A stretch of 63,523 nt of DNA, filler included, from Octopus bimaculoides (lineage: Eukaryota), in assembly GCF_001194135.2 (NCBI RefSeq). It is 7 parts of 7 records of this genome, joined end to end, with 100 filler letters (N's around TTAATTAATTAA, not from the genome) between each part and the next. Parts side by side here need not be neighbours in the genome. Positions count along the whole stretch, not along the records: positions 58,665 to 63,523 come from NW_026313775.1; 6 more parts are not named here. One strand, written 5' to 3'. The notes under the pieces are model-generated. The model worked only from the letters and a program-made list of their open reading frames with translations. It did no database searches and was not told where the DNA came from. Below, piece by piece: positions 58,883-63,523 of the stretch. Each line of letters begins with the position of its first letter. Positions within the stretch are counted from its first letter, which is position 1. The position numbers were made by a program, and so were the translations under genes.

Positions 58883-61070
58883 ATGGTTGGACACAACATT
58901 AACAACACAATTGAGGAACAGAATGAAAACCACAGCTCAATTGGTAAACAAATTCTTTCTAGTTGTAGTAATAGAAGAAACCGTAACTGCTAAATTCATT
59001 TCTGTTGGACTTATGAATTGAATACTGATCTATTTAAGGGATACGAAAAGGCGAAACTAAGCCCCGCTGTTGGCTTTATGAATCAATAGAAATCATATTG
59101 GCAGGATCTGAATACAGAATTAAATAATTTTACTGCGAAGCAACTACGCTAATTAGCAACATTTGTAGAGAATAGAAAGAAGTTCAGTAACTGTAACTTC
59201 ATTAAAAATCAAAACGTGATTGATATAAGACCACGACGTGGTTTCGTAGCTAACGACATTCCAACAGACTCCATAGTGCCTACCAGCCAGGCTACATAAC
59301 TGGCTCAAGTAACTGACCACCGTCCCACCACCTAGACCATGGTAAAGAGCAGGCACAACCGCAACAAGCATTGTAGTAGTAGTGGTAGTCAGGATTGTAT
59401 GCCGGTGAAAAGTGCCCTTACTTAAATGTTCCCATAAAAAATAACTGGCTTCGAGGGACTCTCTCGAGGAGAGAGTATTCTCTGTCAAAGTAAGTAAAAA
59501 AACAAAAAACCAAACAGATACGGTATTAAGAACTGTTAACGAAATTGCTGATGAGTAGTTAGAACAGTGTGATGAATACATATACTGGCAGATTAACGCC
59601 TGTCTATATGCGCTGGTTACTACTGTAAAACAGTGCATGAATGATACTCAAAACGTAAACAAAACCGAAATATCAAAGAAAGTACTAACATGGGTTTTGA
59701 AGACAGAGAAAAAGATAAACTGGCTTACAGAAGACCTTCAGTCATGTAATGATACTTATTGCATGCAAACAAGCAAATCGCTATATGTCCTACCCGCAGA
59801 CAGTAAAGAAGGCGATAGAAATGATGTTTCGAGACAGCAAAAAGACGACACTCTCTTGTAAACGGATTACCCCCACGCAGGAGCTAAAAGCTTTCTCAGT
59901 GAAAAACTCCGACATCAGAAGAGAATAACCAAGAGAAGAACAATAAACAAAAAAAAATAACCGTAACCAGGCAGCAGTATAGAGAGACAGAAGAGGAGGA
60001 ACAGCAAACATCACGAAAGGTCCTTCACAAGATGATATTGACACCTTTGGAGGAAACTCTGGACTGGAAAATAGCCTTGAGCTAGTTACAACATTCTCAA
60101 AATATGTAGATTTGGAGTTTGGTCACGATAAGTGTTGTTATATTGTTGTGAAAAGGGGGAACACTATAAACCAGACGAGTAGCATTTCCGTTAATGATTT
60201 CACTGTTTCCACTCTATCTGACGATGAACGTTGCAGGTATTTAGGTGGGATGGATGAAAATATACCTTACAATGACACCTGTAACAAAACACGTGTCACT
60301 GAAAAATATTACAGCAGAATAAAGAAACTGTAGACCTCAGAACTCTTTGCATTCAATACAATAGTGACCCACAATGTGTTTGCAGTGCCAGTACTTATAC
60401 CGACATTTGGGCTGCTTAATTGGTCGCTTGATGAGAAAAATACTAAAAAACACACATAATTTCCACATAAACAGTGGCGTAGACCGCCTCTACCTAAAAC
60501 AAAAACCAGACGGCTGAGGCTTAACATCGATCCAAAATGCCTTTGGATGTCGCATCATATCCCCCGGCAACATCTTTTAACCACCAAGTATCGAAGTGCA
60601 TCCCTTGGCCAAGTTTGCATACATGTGGCTAATAACATCATAAGACTTGGAAGGTAGCTCTTTGAGCAATACTCTTTGTCTGATAACCTAGAATACATGC
60701 CCAAAGAATTCACGCGACTCACCGCAACGTATCATCAGATGAAACGATGAGTCTATCTGAGTAGTAGACGATGTGTGGATACGTAAGTAGAAATGTCCGT
60801 GATCGATCAGCAAAGCAGTTTATTATGGACCAGTAGCCGGACTACTATCTCCCACTTTGAATGCTTTGTGTTTGCCATCCAGAAACAGGAAATATCAACT
60901 AAGTACGTGATGCACAAAAAGGATAGAGATGCAGGAAAAGCCATAAAATGTGACAATCGATGCAGACTTTGTGGAGTTCACATAGAAGATATCATCCACA
61001 TCATAAGCAGTTGTAAGAAAATGTCATCACGGTATTTCTATCAATGAGGCATGATGTTGTAGCTAAGACA
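58883..61070 (+). mobile_element. Second R4/Dong-clade element, RT core deleted
   Basis: The N-terminus WTYELNTDLFKGYEKA..KSYW..AKQLR and YWQINACLY..WVLKTEKKI align with the first copy. Late RT FGHDKC and FAVPVLIPTFGLLNWS; CCHC knuckle CRLCGVHIEDIIHIISSC and RHDVVAK preceding the REL endonuclease. Cut off by a SINE at about 61080. Confidence 0.85.
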
Positions 61071-62217
61071 TTCTATATTTGACAAAAGACTTGTGAGTGC
61101 TGTTCGTAGACGGAAACTGAAAGAAGCCCATCGTAGGTATATGTATATAGTTATGCGTGTGTGCGTGTGTGTTTCTGTTCCCCAACCATCGCTGCACAAA
61201 CGATGTTCCTGTGTTTGCGCCTCCATAATGGAGCGGTTTGAAAAGAGAAATGATAGAATGAAAACTGGGCTGTGAAAGAATAATTCCTGGGGTCGATTTG
61301 TTCGTCTAAAACTCCTTAAGGCGTTGTTCCAGCAATCCCATGACTGAAGAAACAACAACAACAAAAAAGAATATATACATATACACATACAAATATATTT
61401 ATACATACATACATACATGCATTTATATATATATAAAATGAATGGAAAAAATTATTGGTGCAGACGATCTTTAATACATAATCCATATTGGTATAGATCC
61501 AATATAAAATCTACAAATTGTTTCCGAGTCGAATTAATTTCAAAGACAAATACGGAAAAGTCTTTTCTTGAATTAAAATCTTGAATTAAAAATTAGATTC
61601 TTCGTCAGGAATTACACATTGTTATGAATAGAATAATTANNNNNNNNNNNNNNNNNNNNNNNNNNNNNNNNNNNNNNNNNNNNNNNNNNNNNNNNNNNNN
61701 NNNNNNNNNNNNNNNNNNNNNNNNNNNNNNNNNNNNNNNNNNNNNNNNNNNNNNNNNNNNNNNNNNNNNNNNNNNNNNNNNNNNNNNNNNNNNNNNNNNN
61801 NNNNNNNNNNNNNNNNNNNNNNNNNNNNNNNNNNNNNNNNNNNNNNNNNNNNNNNNNNNNNNNNNNNNNNNNNNNNNNNNNNNNNNNNNNNNNNNNNNNN
61901 NNNNNNNNNNNNNNNNNNNNNNNNNNNNNNNNNNNNNNNNNNNNNNNNNNNNNNNNNNNNNNNNNNNNNNNNNAGCAGCAGAAATATAACGAAATATGCG
62001 AGATGTACAAGTTTTCCTCAGCTTCCCGGTATCTGCTTCTTAAATTTGTTTCTTTATTCGGCTAGAATTCTTTGAAGATCTGTGGAAATAGTGTCTATGT
62101 TGAAAGTTAATATATATTTTTGAATATATGATCATATAAAAGTGCTGTTTACCCTCGGGCAAACGTTCCTATAGAAATTTTTATGCATTAGAAATTATTC
62201 CCTACTTCCTTGCTTAC

Positions 62218-62272
62218 TTGCTCTTTCTATCAAGTTCACAAACTTAGAGGAACCGTAGTCAGTATGGGCACA
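62218..62272 (-). CDS. Candidate upstream (hinge) exon of the nuclear receptor: CAHTDYGSSKFVNLIERA
   Basis: cttattttcag acceptor and GCAA|gtaagc donor; the phase-1 end would join 57533 as ..IERAIAFGKAV... No recognisable homology. Confidence 0.2.
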
Positions 62273-63523
62273 CTGAAAATAAGATGTGGTGAGACTGCTG
62301 GAATTAAGAAAGAAATTGTAAGCATGGAAGTAAAACTTGGAATGAAAACGACCTAAATAACAAAGACGAAACTTCTGTTTTATATGTAGGAAAATGTAGG
62401 TAGACATTTCATACAGTGTACTGAGTGCAAGCTGTGGACACACAGATGTTTAAGTGAAATCATAAAGCAGTTAAGAGAGAACGTGGGCGTTGTTTGTGGT
62501 AGACACTGAAAAGCAATAAACAATAAAAAACACATAGGAAATAGAATATCCGATATGGTTATTCTACAGGGTGTCTGGTCAAATTGGGTAATTTGATAAT
62601 AAAAAAGAGTGAAATAACATTACCTGGAGCAATAATAATATAGTAATGATTTCGTGCAGTTAGCATATGCGCTGTTCAGTAGCTCCGTTCCAAGAGCCGT
62701 CTATAATGATATGTTCCTTTGTAGTCCGTCATTAGTTGTATTACTGCTATTACGAGTTTATAGGTAATAATAGAATAAGTGTTTTATCGTGTAACATAAC
62801 AAGGCAGCCAGGAATAGGCGGAATTTTACAACTCTTCACAATATATTTATGCATATGCATGCAACTATTGAAAATTTCTCTCCTAGAATTCAAAGAGGTA
62901 TTTAGATTTTGGCTCTTTCAGCCAAACAAAGTCTACATTCATTCGATCCATTCACATAAGGTAAGAATTTCTCCATTACTTTCCAGTTAATCTCATGCGG
63001 CGTTTCGATATCCTTCAAAGTCCATACATGGCTAGCGAAATTAGTAGCTTTACTTTTGCCCCTATGTCGGAAGGAGGTTATGTGATTGGATCGGCATAGT
63101 GATTTTTAAATCTGACTTCACATAATCCAATATAGGTCTTCTTATCAGTTGTATTATTATTTGGGGATGCAGTAATTTCCTGCCTCATATATGAGAGATT
63201 TAGTCGTACATCGTTGCTGAAATGGACAGAATTGATAATTACATTCTTAATATATGATAACTCTTTTATTTATGTAAAGTTCTTCATATAACAAAGATTT
63301 TTTTAAAGTAACTAATAAAAACTGTTGTTATTTATTGTTTATCGGAGGGAGAATTCAGTAATAGATGTGAATAGAAGCCAAACGAAAATGTTTGTTTACT
63401 TAATTTATCGTAATAACTATGTGATAAATCTAGAGCTACAAACACTATAACCTAAAATAGCCCATAGATAATAATGGATAAGGTATAATAATGAATATCA
63501 AAATATTACTAATTTTTAGAAGT

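Overview
AT-rich, microsatellite-dense animal genomic DNA with many N gaps. The repeat families and simple-repeat load suggest an octopus/cephalopod assembly (inference). No prokaryotic genes, rRNA or CRISPR were found, and most ORF-track entries are microsatellite or N artefacts. Two host genes are supported by phase-consistent exons. (1) A plus-strand gene of unknown identity with exons at 5126-5163, 10881-10908 and 15130-15693, encoding a roughly 40% Asp/Glu segment. (2) A minus-strand ROR/HR3 (NR1F)-like nuclear receptor whose ligand-binding domain is read from exons 57533-57412, 54801-54669, 54048-53941 and 53052-52936; its DNA-binding domain and last LBD exons are not visible. The rest is decayed transposon sequence: an internally deleted Ty3/Gypsy element, two RTE LINEs plus RTE-tailed short elements, two R4/Dong-clade LINEs, Penelope-like, mariner, Tigger and Helitron remnants, tRNA-type SINEs and MITEs. 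The most notable signal is a set of hammerhead-ribozyme motifs of the minimal, dimer-dependent type associated with Penelope-like elements. They fall into about four sequence families, including a near-intact motif at 29320-29410 and one in sense orientation inside a nuclear-receptor intron, paired with a perfect 89-bp antisense copy. The receptor introns also carry several other long inverted repeats able to form dsRNA. All alignments and folds were done by eye; none of the activity claims has been tested.
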